Assembly (NCBI GenBank): GCA_951406725.2
Contig: OX597823.1
Location: forward strand, 113,770,001 to 113,834,000
DNA from: Octopus vulgaris
Taxonomy: Eukaryota
Length of the DNA: 64,000 nucleotides
Direction of reading: 5' to 3'
In this document: positions 1 through 15,106 of the stretch, in pieces
Numbering within the stretch: position 1 is the stretch's first letter
How the letters are laid out: each line of letters opens with the position of its first letter
Notes under the pieces: model-generated
Databases searched by the model: none
What the model was told of the DNA's origin: nothing
What the model saw: only the letters and a program-made list of their open reading frames with translations
Made by a program: the position numbers and the translations under genes

Positions 1-105
1 AGAACAAGTACTAGGCTTACAAAGAATAAGTCCGGGGTCGATGTGTTCGACTAAAGGCGGTGCTACAGCATGGCCACAGTCATATGACTGAAACAAGTAA
101 AAGAG
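1..105 (+). mobile_element. SINE 3' end (octopus-type family)
   Basis: The tail GGCGGTGCT-CAGCATGGCCACAGTCA-ATGACTGAAACAAGTAAAAGAG is shared with 14096-14160, 21230-21295 and 22344-22405 (minus). Confidence 0.75.
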
Positions 106-387
106 AATATATATATATATATATATATTCCTCCTTAATTCCTTGTTCCTCTTTTTATCTCTCTTCTCCCCCTCCTTAATTCCTCTGGCCCTCTTTTCCC
201 CTCTCTTCTCTTCACACGTAACTGACTGACCGACTACTGGCCTTTTGGGTCTGTCAGCGGTCGTGGTAACATCAACCTTTTTTTCTCTGCCCCAAGGCAC
301 ATTCCTAACACGCTAGCTGAATTTAATTCGTCTAAGTCGAAACACGCCTGTTTTCGATGTCCTACTATTGTTGTTGTTGTTGTTGTG

Positions 388-444
<57 letters not shown>

Positions 445-2756
445 GTTTTTACGTATTATTTTTGTATTCATATTCGTGTAACATCGTCCGTTTTTCCGTC
501 CTTGTTTTGTATACATTCGAAGCTTTCTTCCAAGGAATCTAATGCGCTTAGCTTAGTTTTTCCTTGGGGCTGGCCAGATTGGAGCAATCTCAAGATTAAT
601 CATCCGAAATTGCGAGGATGATCCGGTTCTTGACTGAAGAATATCCCGTCCGTGTTTTTTGTATCGTCTTCTAAATGTTTCGCGTTCTTGTCCCAGTTTG
701 TATTTTATATATATATATATATATATAATAATAATAAATATTAGGGAGTAAATCCAAACTTACAGGGAAAAATCAGATTTAGTATTGAATCCAATTTTAT
801 AGTAAAATATTATATTATATTAAATTAGAGATAAAACCACTATTAGGCAAATCATACAATGAAAAACTTAAGCCAATACATAAGATTATTTAATGTATAT
901 TATTTAAATATATAACAAAATTATTAAAAAAATATAATTAATATAACACTACGATCGTATATATATATACATAGATACATTATACATACATATATAGCGG
1001 GCCTATTTCGGTTTTCGTTTACCAAATCTAGTCACAAGGTAATGGTTGACACGGGTGTCTTTATAAGTAAAGAATAATATATATTAATCTATGTCATTAC
1101 TACTTTACTATTCATCGAATGTTTGCATATTCAGATGAAGCTGGAATGTCATTTTACCACATTTTCTCCTATGTATTTCAGCCAGAGGCCGAGGCCACGC
1201 TGGAGCACCGCCTTTACTGCATCCGGGAGTTTTACAGTATTTCTTCTGGTGAAGTAGTGAGTTGGACATTGTTGCTCTTCTTTGTGGCTCCTGCCGCTAT
1301 GTGGGTCCGTCTGGTATTTCAGATGTTTGTATTACAACTAGATGAGCGCTGTAAACTTGGCAAGTGTCCCCTACCTTTGTTTCTACTTGATCAAAACTTC
1401 CCTCTTTTTTAAGATAACCATTGATTAATCTGTCTCATTCTTTCCCTATCTCTCGTCTACTCTCTCTCTCTCTCACTCTCGCAGACACTTTGTTTTTGCT
1501 ATCAATCAAAATCTGCTCTCATGACTTCTCTTCATTTTTTAATGTCACCCTTTTTTGTGTTCCGTAATATCCTTCTGTCCTATCTTTTTATCAATGTTTT
1601 TAATAATCTCTCACTATGTCTTCATGTATGTAACTCTTTGTGGCGTGAATCCTTTGCCCAACCTCTATTCACCTGTTATTCCCTAGAATGCATCACTGTA
1701 ATGCAACTGGTGGTGTCCAACCACCACCAGTTGCACTGCCATTTTCCTTCTTTCCTCTTCTGTTACTCGCACTAATTAGTTCTGTATCATTATTCCAGTT
1801 ATTATAAACCTCATATTTTATTGCTCAGCTCATTGCTGGTTGTCGGCTAACGGTTTCCATCGTAAACGGCCACTTTCCGCTCTACGAATTTATGAAATTC
1901 GCTTCTTTTTAAAACACTTTCTCCCTTTTCTACACCAGAGGCACAGTTTTCTCCTTCAAGCGTAAGAGAAAACGAATGGATTGGAAAATGCGAATCCATC
2001 ATTGCATTTTACGTATTAAAAATTCTAAATATAACGAGAAGCTCAATGACGCTTATGGTCCTAGATTTTGTTTTGCCCCAAAATAAAGTTACTTTTAACA
2101 CTTATTCGTAGGCAAAATAGTGTTGGGATTCAGTCAAGTGAGAGCCACTCCGGTTCTGGTTTCTTTCCTACTTTTAGATAGCAATCGAAATATTTAAATG
2201 AAAAATTGCTTGAATTGTTGAGAAGTTATGTCGATGCTTACAACGGTCACTATAATGTTTGAGATGCTAGAAAAACTGCTGAAGTGCCGGCATCTGCTAA
2301 GAATGAGCACGTTGCTTTTCACAGCTACAATATGTGTGTATCTCTATGATGTATGTGTGGGGGTGATGAGAGAGAGAGAGAGAGAGAGAGGCAGAATGAT
2401 AGAGTAGCATCTTTCTATAAATAGATACACAATGTCTAGAAATAAAGATGGAATATTGGGAACCGAATAAAGATTCACGGAGGGTAAGAAAGAAAGAGAG
2501 AACGAGACGAAGATAAATATGAGTCCGATACGGAGGCAGCAGGAAAGCTTGATTCCGAAAAAGCAGGAAGGAAAGAAAGAAAATGAAAGATTGAAGATTT
2601 CGTGTGTATAAAATTATTGAAGGTATTTTTGAAACTTGACGGTTAGAGCCGTAAAAGCTGTATGTCTTGTCAGTTTTGAAATGCGTATGTATGCAATTAT
2701 GAGATTATGGGAGTATATACGCCATTAAGCCTTACTTTGTATACATTCATATATAA

Positions 2757-2821
<65 letters not shown>

Positions 2822-2919
2822 TAATATTTATATATATATATATATATATATATAGTTATATATATACATATATAATATATATATATATATAGGTACAGGC
2901 AGTTGGACAGACAAACACA

Positions 2920-2956
<37 letters not shown>

Positions 2957-3714
2957 TACACACACACACACACATACACATATATAGTTTCAGATGTTTG
3001 TGCGTGCATGTATTTGACGCATATATGTGTTTTATGCCTACACACCTCACTCGTATATAACAAGTTCTGAAACATTTCTTTACAAAAAGATGAAGAATTA
3101 TATTCTAAATTTGATGCTTAATTCCTTTCCTTCTTCTAACTTTCCTCTCCTTCACCCCCCCCCCCTTCTGTCTATTCATCATTCCTTTTCATTCCTCTCT
3201 TCTCTCTTCCACTTCTCGTTTCTTATTCTTCTCGTAATATTCTCACTATTATTGCTTTCTGCACCATTTTTTTTATGTATTTCACTATCTTTCACTTTTC
3301 TGAGATGCGTTGGATGTATTATTTATTTCTTTTTTATTTTATTTACAAGATGTAAGCTTCATTAAAATTTTAGACCCATTTCAACGGGAAAACAATATAT
3401 TTTATCGAAGCAATGCCAAAAAGACTTTAGAAGAAATTTTCAGATATGGCTTTTATTTTGCATGTAAGATGTGGATAAAAAAAAAAGAACGTAAATTAAT
3501 GCATATTACATTGTATATTTGTCAATAGCAAATGAAAATAAATCCTTGAAGTGAAAGCAAAAGTGATACAAAAATGTAACATAGAAAATAGTGTATGAAT
3601 GAATATTTTAAAAGATTCTTTCAGCAGTCTGTTTTCCTTTGTGCTAAAATAATGAAGATTGCAGCGGAATGCAGAATACATATAAAGAGTAATTCACACG
3701 ACAAACCTTTTTCC

Positions 3715-4132
3715 AAGAACACCAACACCGCTACCACAAATACCAACAACAACAAAAAACCATCATCACCAATAATCACCAGCATCACTACGCCTACAAA
3801 CAGCAACACAGCAACCACCAGCAACAACGACAAGAACAATATTACCACGCCTCACCACACCACTAAAACCACCACGTATAAAACAACTACTACAACAACT
3901 ACTATTATATTAACAGCACAACTACCACCTCTATTGGCACCGACAACAAAAAACAACAGCTTCAATAAGGTCACCAATATTACTATATTTGTTAACAGCA
4001 CCACCAACGACACAGTTGCAACCTCGGTTGTCAAGACCAGGAATAACATCAACAGAAACTCCACCAACAACAAGCAGAAACACCACCAGAAATAACATAA
4101 TACCACCGTAACTACCCCGGCCACTACTACTA
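3715..4132 (+). repeat. Degenerate CAA/CAC/TAC low-complexity tract
   Basis: Read directly from the sequence. Explains the Thr/Asn-rich ORF. Confidence 0.8.
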
Positions 4133-4134
4133 CG

Positions 4135-4243
4135 TGAAGGCAAATGGCCTAGTGGTTAGAGCAGCGGACCCGTGTGTTATATGCTGGGGGAACACACTTC
4201 ATTCACGTTGCTCCAGTTCACTCAACTGTATAAATGAGTTGCG

Positions 4244-4245
<2 letters not shown>
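4135..4245 (+). mobile_element. Short tRNA-headed SINE remnant
   Basis: A-box-like TGGCCTAGTGGTTAGAGC followed by CACTTCATTCACGTTGCTCCAGTTCACTCAACTGTATAAATGAGT. Confidence 0.5.
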
Positions 4246-4274
<29 letters not shown>

Positions 4275-4290
4275 TATACATATATATATA

Positions 4291-4496
4291 TCGCCATGTT
4301 TATTCGCTAGCCTCTGCATGCATTTTTTTCTCTCCTTGTTTCTCTGTGTTTCTTTTCTGTGTATCTTTCTGTTGAAGAGCGTAGGCTCGAAACGTAAAAG
4401 ACTTGTTTTATTTCTATTCCTGAGCGCCATACTAATACAATTGTTTGTTTGTACTCCACCTGCCTTCGTCTTTTGTTTATTTTCATAAAGCTTCCC

Positions 4497-4498
<2 letters not shown>
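4291..4498 (+). mobile_element. Short hammerhead-bearing repeat (Penelope pseudo-LTR-like) between (TA)n tracts
   Basis: Homologous to 27631-27841 and 63175-63340. Contains TCTTT-CTGTTGAA-GAGC-GTAG-GCTC-GAAA-CGTA-AAAGA at 4364-4401. Confidence 0.7.
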
Positions 4499-4540
<42 letters not shown>

Positions 4541-5317
4541 CACTAAATACACGGGCACATATGTGCATGTGTGTATGTTTGTGTGTGTGAGAGAGAGAGA
4601 ATCAGAGAAAGAGAGAGAGAGAGAGAGAGAGTAATAATGTATTGTTTGATGAGGTATAGGAATGCTCAACACTAAAAGAAGCGGACGGATATACAATATA
4701 TACGTAACTTTATCTCGACTTCTGCTTTGAACTATGATCCTCTGAGTTCTGTACAGGGCATATTGCATATATTTATAAATATGTGTCTGTGTATTTGCGT
4801 GCATATGTGTGAGAATGTCGGCAAGCATCTGCGTTGCCATTGTATTTTTCTATGTAGTAAGTAATTCGATATCGTATATAGTTATAAATTACAAAATGTA
4901 TGGAATGGAAACAAACATAATAATTATGCATATGAATTTCCATTCTGAATATCTCTGCTTCAAGGTGGTTTAGTATTTGATAGAAAGGCAGAGAGATATA
5001 GAGAAAGGTGTCTAAGTGCTCTGATAAATTTTTAAATGAATAGAAAAAATTCGGGAAGACTATTTCATCATAATTATGGACGTTAAGTATTGTTGCTAAT
5101 AATGTAACTATTAGTAAAAACCCAATTTTACTTTTAATGACGCCAAGATATTCCAGTGCTATCAAGACGTCGCCACCGCTCCAAGTTTATTGTTATAAAG
5201 TTATAAAGTTAAAAATCGGCGAGGAAACAATAAAAGAAAATTTTTTTTTAATCACAAGATTACAAAAAAAAAAACATTTTAAAAATACCTCAAACACACT
5301 ACTAGTTTTCCTACTAC

Positions 5318-5336
5318 TTCAACAACAACAACAACA

Positions 5337-5401
<65 letters not shown>

Positions 5402-5418
5402 TAATAATAATAATAATA

Positions 5419-5474
<56 letters not shown>

Positions 5475-5550
5475 GATGATGATGATGATGATAATAATAA
5501 TAATAATGATAATAATAATAATGATGATGATGATGATGATAATAATAATG

Positions 5551-5645
<95 letters not shown>

Positions 5646-5649
5646 AAGA
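5318..5649 (+). repeat. Compound trinucleotide microsatellite (CAA)-(CTA)-(ATA/ATG)-(AGA)
   Basis: Read directly from the sequence. Confidence 0.95.
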
Positions 5650-6180
5650 ATTGTTCCTTGTGCAGCTGTAACATCACACGTGATTAAACAATTAAATCTA
5701 AACACAAACTGATGTTCATGACATATACATACGTATATGTATATATGAGTGTATTGACGTGAATATTGTGCGGCTCTACACACACACACAAACACACACA
5801 CATACTCACAGATGCATAGCAATATGTATGCATGTATGTATATATATATATATATATATACGTTCCTATGTGCAGATATATTACATACATATTTCCATTT
5901 AAGAATACAACCCTACACCATAAACATCAATCATTAATGAATACTTCTTCATAAGAGTAAGGAAATGTAAAAATTTTAAAGAAAAGTGCCGCTGCAATGT
6001 CTATTTACTTCTGCCTCTTATTGTTAGCACAGGTTTTCGATTTCACTTGCTGTTGTTTATGTTTTTTTTTAATCATTATTTACATTTATATTTCGCTTAT
6101 CTGCAAAAGAATCAAGCCCGAATGGTATTTACATACAGTCTGTCTGTATGTATATATTAGTCTCTGTATGTATTCAAATA

Positions 6181-6322
6181 TGTGTATATATATATAGATA
6201 TATATATATGTGTGTGTGTATGTGTGTGTGTGTGTGTATGTGTGTGTATGTATATATATATGTATATATGTATATATATACACATATATATATGTGTATA
6301 TATATATGTATATATATATATG

Positions 6323-6383
<61 letters not shown>

Positions 6384-6423
6384 TATAGGTATCTTTCTAT
6401 GCATCAATATACATATGTATATA

Positions 6424-6500
<77 letters not shown>
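6181..6500. repeat. Compound (TA)/(TG)/(AG) microsatellite
   Basis: Read directly. Similar dinucleotide tracts occur at about 2755-2985, 8661-8821, 9351-9561, 14955-15103, 18378-18436, 25895-26035 and 31130-31370. Confidence 0.95.
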
Positions 6501-6503
<3 letters not shown>

Positions 6504-7244
6504 CAATGTCAATATGTATACAACGGTACTCACTTCTTTCAGATAGGTGCGTATTCAATGGAACATTTTGAATGATGGTGTAGGTTTATAATTTAAAGAA
6601 ATAAAATGAAATTTTACATTTACTGAAAGAGAATCGGTGGATTAAAAATTCTTTACACTAGTATCATTTTTTCATTCATTGACGTATGTTTTGTAATACA
6701 TTTGAAAGCATATACTCTTGTGTGTGTAGGTTTCAGCACGTTCATATATTCATAGATATACATGTATGTGTGTTTACGCACATGCCTGTGTGCACATGAA
6801 TCTATGTATGTCGCTATACATGTATTCTTGTAGTTAACGTCTATAAGTTGATCAATATGTCTGCGGTGAATACTTGAATAGCTAGAAATAAATTTCAGAG
6901 TAGTAAAACGATAAAAATTTGTATACTCTAAACATGTACTTGTGATTTCAATCTTCTTTTTTTCTGTTCAGCAACCGTCACTTATTCCAAACAAATATAT
7001 CAGCTATTGTATCAGAATTTTCCAATATTTTGATGTATGTTTCCATATGTAATAAAAATATATATATATTGAAAATATATAAATTGTCTAGTTCCATACT
7101 TGTCTCAGACTTACAGATAAGGAAAAACAAAATTGCCGTAATTTCCGTCTTCTAGCAGTGAGAATTTTAATGCTACTAAGTCACCAAAAATCTTCCTCCT
7201 ATTTTTCGGTTTCTCCTTTTTTGTTCTCATTGAGGAAATTACTC

Positions 7245-7400
7245 ATGTGGTATAAAACGGACAAATATCAAGGAGTGATGTTTGTAGAGGCCACAGCCCA
7301 AGGAGAACTAACCCGTGGATTTAGAAAAGCTCTGAAGGAGACCACACTCAACATTAAAAGTGTTGAAAAGCCAGTGAACTCCGTCAGATAACAACTATGT
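7245..7400 (+). pseudogene. Possible Penelope-like ORF fragment
   Basis: WYKTDKYQGVMFVEATAQGELTRGFRKALKETTLNIKSVEK resembles the RT-to-endonuclease linker of some Penelope-like elements. Recognised by eye only. Confidence 0.4.
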
Positions 7401-8696
7401 AGGACGTACCCCTTATAGCCTACATACACAGATATTGATCTTGGCTCATAATTATCCCTTTCGATTCTTGTTGCAGCAAGAACCAACCAAATCATGCATG
7501 CATGCGTAAAGCTCGTAGTTTAGGCTAACCAAGCCAGAGCATGCACTATCAAAATAACTACATACAGCACTCATTTCTTTGACGTTGAAATCGATTTTCG
7601 GAGCATTTATTGCAATCATGATTAGTTATTGTACGTCGTCTAAGTAAGCATGAAAGCTCAATAGTGTTTATACCTCACATACTGTACTAAGTATCTAAGC
7701 AAATTACTATAGGATAGCAGAACAAATCTATCTGGAATCGAAAAGCATGCGGCCATCAAAGTTCGTCAAGAAACGATTTGAGAATGTGTTGCCATGTCGT
7801 ACTAATTACACTCGTGGGGCAGCTTTTGCTCCCTGAAGCTTTACGTATACACCTTACCTCTAAACGGTGGCAATATCGGGCCCATTAAACGATAGAATGT
7901 CAGTTCGGATTCTCTACTTAAACGTTTCTTCTAATTTGCTACGCAGATCACTATTTACTCCAATTCCCTATTTTTAGTTTTATAATTTGTCCCTCCCGCC
8001 AAACGATGTTTAAATTATTTGCTAACCAAGTTCCTGCAGGCTTTGCATGATTGAAACGTTGACTTTATTTTATCAGAAAATTCACTTCTTGGATATCTTC
8101 TCTTTGGATTCTTTCTAGCTGCAACATGCAATTTACAAAATATTTCAACTCATCATTCTGCACTTGAAATTATAGACAACCGATGTTTTTTTTTTATTCT
8201 ACAAGCTGAGTTAAACAACAAAAATATTAGGATATAATACGTTCTGAGTGATGCAATGTCAACACAACATTTCCAAGCTTGAGTATCTGGACCATGTAAT
8301 CAGCATATTTCAACCTCTTGTAAGAATTTCAGCTTGTTAGCAAGGCTTTGACATAGATCTTGCCAATTGACTGCACTTTAATATAGCGCCACGCATTCCA
8401 GTCTTCCTCGCATATTACAGAGTGTGGCATTCCTCTAACGTTTGTCATTTCGTGTGTAGAATTTCAAATGGTTTATCCACGAGGCTCCGGCGATCCCTGC
8501 TGTACTCTCTCACCACAACTTTCTCTTACTTTCTTCTGTTGGCCTGCCCGCTTAGCCAGCGGGGTGGCGTCACTTGAAGGCTAAAACAATGCGAAGCACA
8601 TTGTGAGCAGCGATGTGTAGCAACATCTGATAGCCTCGTCCGTCAAGGTGATCACGGTGACATATACATACATACATACATACATATATACATATG

Positions 8697-8824
<128 letters not shown>

Positions 8825-9377
8825 TTCTTTGATTATAACATTTTAAATCTATTCTTCAGCATGGCTGCAGTCTAATGACTGACAGAAATAATTGACTAAA
8901 AGAACATATATATCAATATGCTTATACAGATATACATAGAAATGTTCTATCTAAAAAACAGAACTTATCACCCGGTGTAGGAATCGAGTCTACAATTTTA
9001 CAATAATAAGTGCAACACAATAGCCACTAAGCAACCTGTCTCCTCTCTATACGTACATATTTACATTGATTATGTGCCCCTACTTCTTGAAAGTTACAAT
9101 AAATTTAATTGTACTCTCAATATTGAGGCACCTCATCAAGAAATGCTCAATCATTCTTAAAATTACAATAAAATAATAACCTAGATTTAAGTTACACCGG
9201 CCCTCACACGCGTGCGAGCACTGTCATACGCAGGCATATGTGAATTTAATATAGCAGAATGTATATGAGTGTGTGTGTCTTGTGTGTGTCCATGCATGTG
9301 CTTATGTATACAAATATATTTATATAAGCTATGCTGTAACATATAATGATGATACATACATACATACATATATATAT

Positions 9378-9565
<188 letters not shown>

Positions 9566-10442
9566 TCAGGCTGACTGTGTGGACGCTCCGTCTGTTAATC
9601 ACACACAGTGATGTTTCTTTATATGTTAAATCCTCTGACAATTCTGGTTCGTTTGTTCATTGAAACTCTTTCAACAAAATGAATGAGGAAATTATTATAT
9701 TAGACATTTGTATGATATAGCATATGTCTAATTTAGATTGTTATATATAGAAATGGTTAATCAGATTCCCTTAAAGTATCCATCAGTTTAATTCCACAGA
9801 GACACTGCTCTTTCTCGACATACCACAAGGGGATAATTAATGCAAATCTATTATTATTGTTATTGTTGTCAAACAATCTGAAATTAGTAAACGATATTTT
9901 ATGGAAAACATGGCAAACAATGAAATTATCATTATTAAGATTTTGTTTTTTGCTCTTGATATTACTTAACCTCCAACACCCACAAATCGAGCAGGCTTAT
10001 AAAGAAAGGCTTTCCAGCCGTGACCATCATATTTTTGCTCGGTCATAGTAAATTTTGAACGATAGTAAAAACCAATATATTGTCTATTTTTTCTAAAGTA
10101 ATGCTATAAGCTTTAAGGGAGAACTTGCTTCTATTTCTAACACGTTGCGCAACCGCATACATGTTCCTCCTTGGCTTTCATTCGTCGTTGTTTTTACCAA
10201 ATATGTTTTAGCAATACGGCTTCTCTGTTTTCTATAAAGATTGTAAATGTAAAGATCGGTGGAGCACAGTACACATGCGCAACATAACCTATACTTCCTG
10301 TCCTTTACATAACCACATCCCACCACACAGGACAATCTCTCCGTTGTTGAGCTCTCAACTGCATTCTAAACTCTGGCTCACAGGGTTTAAAACACAAGTG
10401 ACTGATATTATTTAAGTTTCTACATCTCTTTGTCTCCCTCTT

Positions 10443-10483
<41 letters not shown>

Positions 10484-13400
10484 ATATATATATATGTATA
10501 TATATAAGAAAAAGGTGAGAGTCAGAATTTTAGATAATTCTTTATAATCACTCATGTTGTTTTTCCCACATTTTTATCGATTTTCCTTCTTCCCGCTTGG
10601 TGTCTTCTTTCCGATGTTGTAATTTTTTATGACTTCGATTGTCACTTCGTTCGGCGATTTCAGCATAGATGACTGCATCAATTGTTTTGACTTTCTCTTC
10701 GTGTCGTACTTTTGGCGACTGGAGAAGAGATATTTCAGCTTCCAGTCGGCATAAAGCTCACTTTCCATGTATCGTCGTTTCTTCTAACGTTTCACGCATT
10801 GTTTCTTTAATAAAAAAAAATTGGAGAACGGATTAGATTTTCTTTTGCTCTGCCAATTTTGGTAGTTGTTGGCTATACTGCTATATCGAATGCTTTTCCA
10901 ATATGCATGTTTACATTGATTTAGAAGCTTGTTCCAGAGTTGTGGTTTCAACAGATTTTACTGTTGTATATCAATTGTTGCTTCTTTCTTGTAAGTTTTT
11001 CTTTTAGATAGCTGTGGTTCAGTGGTTGGTTCCTGTTGCTAGATTATTAAGGAGAGTACCAAATGCATGAATATCATTCACAATTTTATCTCTATTGGTG
11101 AATATTCTGTCAAGTTTTGAGACAAGTAGATTCAACTTACTACATATTACTGTGAGGTGTTCTTCCGTGTTTCTGGTATCTCTCGATTGTGAATTTGATT
11201 GTGATCCATTTATTCTGATGTCTTATACATCCAAATAGATATGTATAGCGTATTTGAAGTGGTGCACAGATACTGTATATTGAGAAAAGGGAGGCAGTAA
11301 GAATTTCCCACGATTTTTATTGATTTTTCTTCTTCCTTCTTGGTGTCTTCTTAATAACCAACAACCCTTACATACTCATCATACCCTATATATAATACTA
11401 CCATTGTACGTTACAACTTCTTTTATTTCTTACAATGTTTTTGTTAGGATGAGAGGCAGTACTCACGACCCGTTACAGGACCTCCCTGATTGGTTTAAGA
11501 AAGAGAGTAAACTATCCCCAAACCGAAAACCTTGTACGAATGCTTCTAACAGTGTGAACTCCCCTAAAGTTTCCAAAGGATTCAGCTGGTGGTGTTGAAC
11601 CGGATAACGAATTAAGTCTATAATCCATATGCGGGATTTGAACTCAGAGCAAATACTCAAGTCATCTTGTTCAACATTCTTAGAATATAGTTAATACACT
11701 GCCTTGGCTAAAAAGAAAATTTTATCACTTCGAGTTTCAATCACAGAACACAGAAAGTCGAGGAAATTTTCCCGAAGATCCCTATCCAACGCTCTGACGT
11801 CTCTAGTGCAACATGATTCCGCAAACTGATTGATAACCGAGTGTTGTAAATCTAAAAACATGTGTCAGTCAAATGTAAAGAATTTTACAAAGTGTATTGA
11901 ACTTTTTAACGACGTATTCAGAGGAGGATTGGTAATCTCTTGGTTGTTCTCAGTCCCTCTGGTTTTAGTGGAAAGAGAGAATCCACGAATAGAAATCTCG
12001 CTTCAATGCTTACAAAAAGAATGTACTCTACTAAAATTGCATAAGGCCAGGCGGCGGTGTTAAACCGAGTTCTGTTTGTCTACTGTCTAAGAGTATAAAT
12101 GATCCTCTCGCCGGCTTCCACACAGTTTCTATCCAAAATTATTCATTCAGTAGGCTTTGGGCGAACCGACGCCACGGACAAGCGCCTTTCTGTGGGATCG
12201 CACTATCTCAACGAATATTGATGAATCTCCATACCATCAGCATTCCAGCAAATGTAGTATAAACCAAGTCTCGAAATTGCCATCGCTCTTCATCGTCTCC
12301 AGGAAAAACCAACTTGCCGTGAACTTTAGAAATGCTCAATGCTACACAAATAATATTACCCTCTATGCTTCGCAAGTTCACGTACCCACGCGTCATCAGC
12401 ATGTGTCCTTGGCACTATATATCTAATTTTCACTGATCCTATAAAAAGAGACGAGATGAACTTCTTCCACTGGGATCAGGTTAAACTTGTCTTCTTCATG
12501 AAAAGAACGCATTTATTTTTTGTACTTAGAAAATATCCACATTTTTCATCATGAGCAGCACTCAAATAGGTCCTTCGACGGAGTATTGAATACAATATCT
12601 CACCCACATGGAGGAAATCACATGCTTAAAATTAAAAAAAATACTTTTTTTTCGTATCTTACACATTAACTACGCTCTTGCGGTCAAAAGTTACTTCAGT
12701 ACCTTGCTGCTAACAACTCACTACAAAGCCCAGTTGAGACTTGCAATGAGTACTACTTCTCTGTCGTGGAAATTATTGATGCTGCATCGAAAGATTTTCT
12801 TTAGTGCATCAAGAAAAAAGAGAAATGTCCGCATTAAGATGATTGAAATTAAGTAACACAAAAACACAGATCAAAATATATTGCTCGTCGTCTTAGTATG
12901 CCCCCTTATATATGCTATAAGTTTTAATGATTATCAGAACTGGCTAACCACCTGCTATCTTCTTGGAAGCACTCAAGACAGTGTTTTTCTTCATCTCATA
13001 TTAGTGTCCTATCCCCAGGTCGCAAGGTAACCTCAACGATTAGGACACCGGGTCAATGGAAATCCCTTCGTGCACATGCTTTCCCCAGAACCGTTACCTC
13101 ACAACTGTTTTAGCGGTAAGATAAATGAAAAATAACATGATTATCTCTAATCTTAAAGGCTCTGAGACTATTATAGACACACTCTCTTTTTCCAAGACAA
13201 ATAAACGAAGGGACAAAAACCTGCATTCAGGCTCCAGTTTGATGAGCTTTCATTTCTTTCCTGCACTTGATCGATTGTATTCCTCTATCATCCCATAATT
13301 CTCTATTGCACACCATCAAATTCCATGCTGGGGCTGAATGCCATAATGCGGAGGGCTGCTTCATTATTCGGAATCCGTTTTAATACAACTTGTTCTGAGT

Positions 13401-13618
13401 TATAAATTCTTCTACTCCTTATTCTGATTAAAGGTGGCTTAATGGGAGTAATGCTTATCAAGGAATCACATAAACTATATGTATGTGTGTGTGCGTGTGT
13501 GTGTCTATGTGCGCGCGTGTGTGTCTCTAAGCTAGCTTAACACACATCACATGTTCATAAAGTGTCTGGAATTGATGACTAATGTCTATCCTAAATAAGC
13601 ACCCTCAAAAATATAATA

Positions 13619-14160
<542 letters not shown>

Positions 14161-14947
14161 ATAAGCGTATAAAAAATGATCGTAGAGTTTACTTATGGTT
14201 ATCTATTTAGAAATCTAGGTGCTTCTGTAACATCTCAATTCTTCGGTCGATGTGGAAACGAAATAGTTTCCCATGAAGCCTATGTTTATTTATCAGTCAA
14301 CCCCAAAAAAGATTTTAAAATAAAGTGACTCGAACACACAAATGCAAAATAGTGGTCACGTTTTAGATCTAAACGAAAATAGAGAAAATGTGTGTTCGTT
14401 GTGTGATTGTCTGACTCACCATCTGTTTATCTAATCATGTATGCCGTTAAAATATAAACAACTTTGGTATAAAACTTACATATAAATTATCTACCTCTAC
14501 ATAATCTTCCTTTTACAATTATTGAATACGCTGCAAACATTGCGAACTCTAATGTTTTCAACATATTTTTCTTTCCTATTCCGGAGACAGCCATAATACT
14601 ACTCAAAATCATTTACTTTAAAGTCAAGTGAACCAACAATTATATTATAGCACTTAGTTTCAAATTGCGCTCCATATACATCAACTTTTACGATATTCAA
14701 AACATTTTGCCATCAAACTATACTCAATATAAATGACAAAATGAATATGTATCTTGACTGTTCTAAATAGATCGATTTTCCTTGATTCAATAAATCTTGA
14801 TTAAAATGTGTAAAGCCCATGGTGATACTTCTGATTTTATTACCAATATAGATGTATGAAATTTGTATGGAGTCTTAGTTTGCGCAGAAACATACACACA
14901 CACAGACATAAGAGCATATATGTATATACATATCTACGTGTATATGT

Positions 14948-15009
<62 letters not shown>

Positions 15010-15022
15010 GTATATATATATA

Positions 15023-15106
<84 letters not shown>

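Noticed and set aside
7540-8500. Possible old DNA-transposon remnants (also about 12200-12900 and 15800-16800)
   Set aside because: No TIR pair or readable transposase motif could be established by eye.
10505-11400. Possible decayed Penelope-like sequence on the minus strand
   Set aside because: Only vague resemblance, and no motif could be read with confidence.
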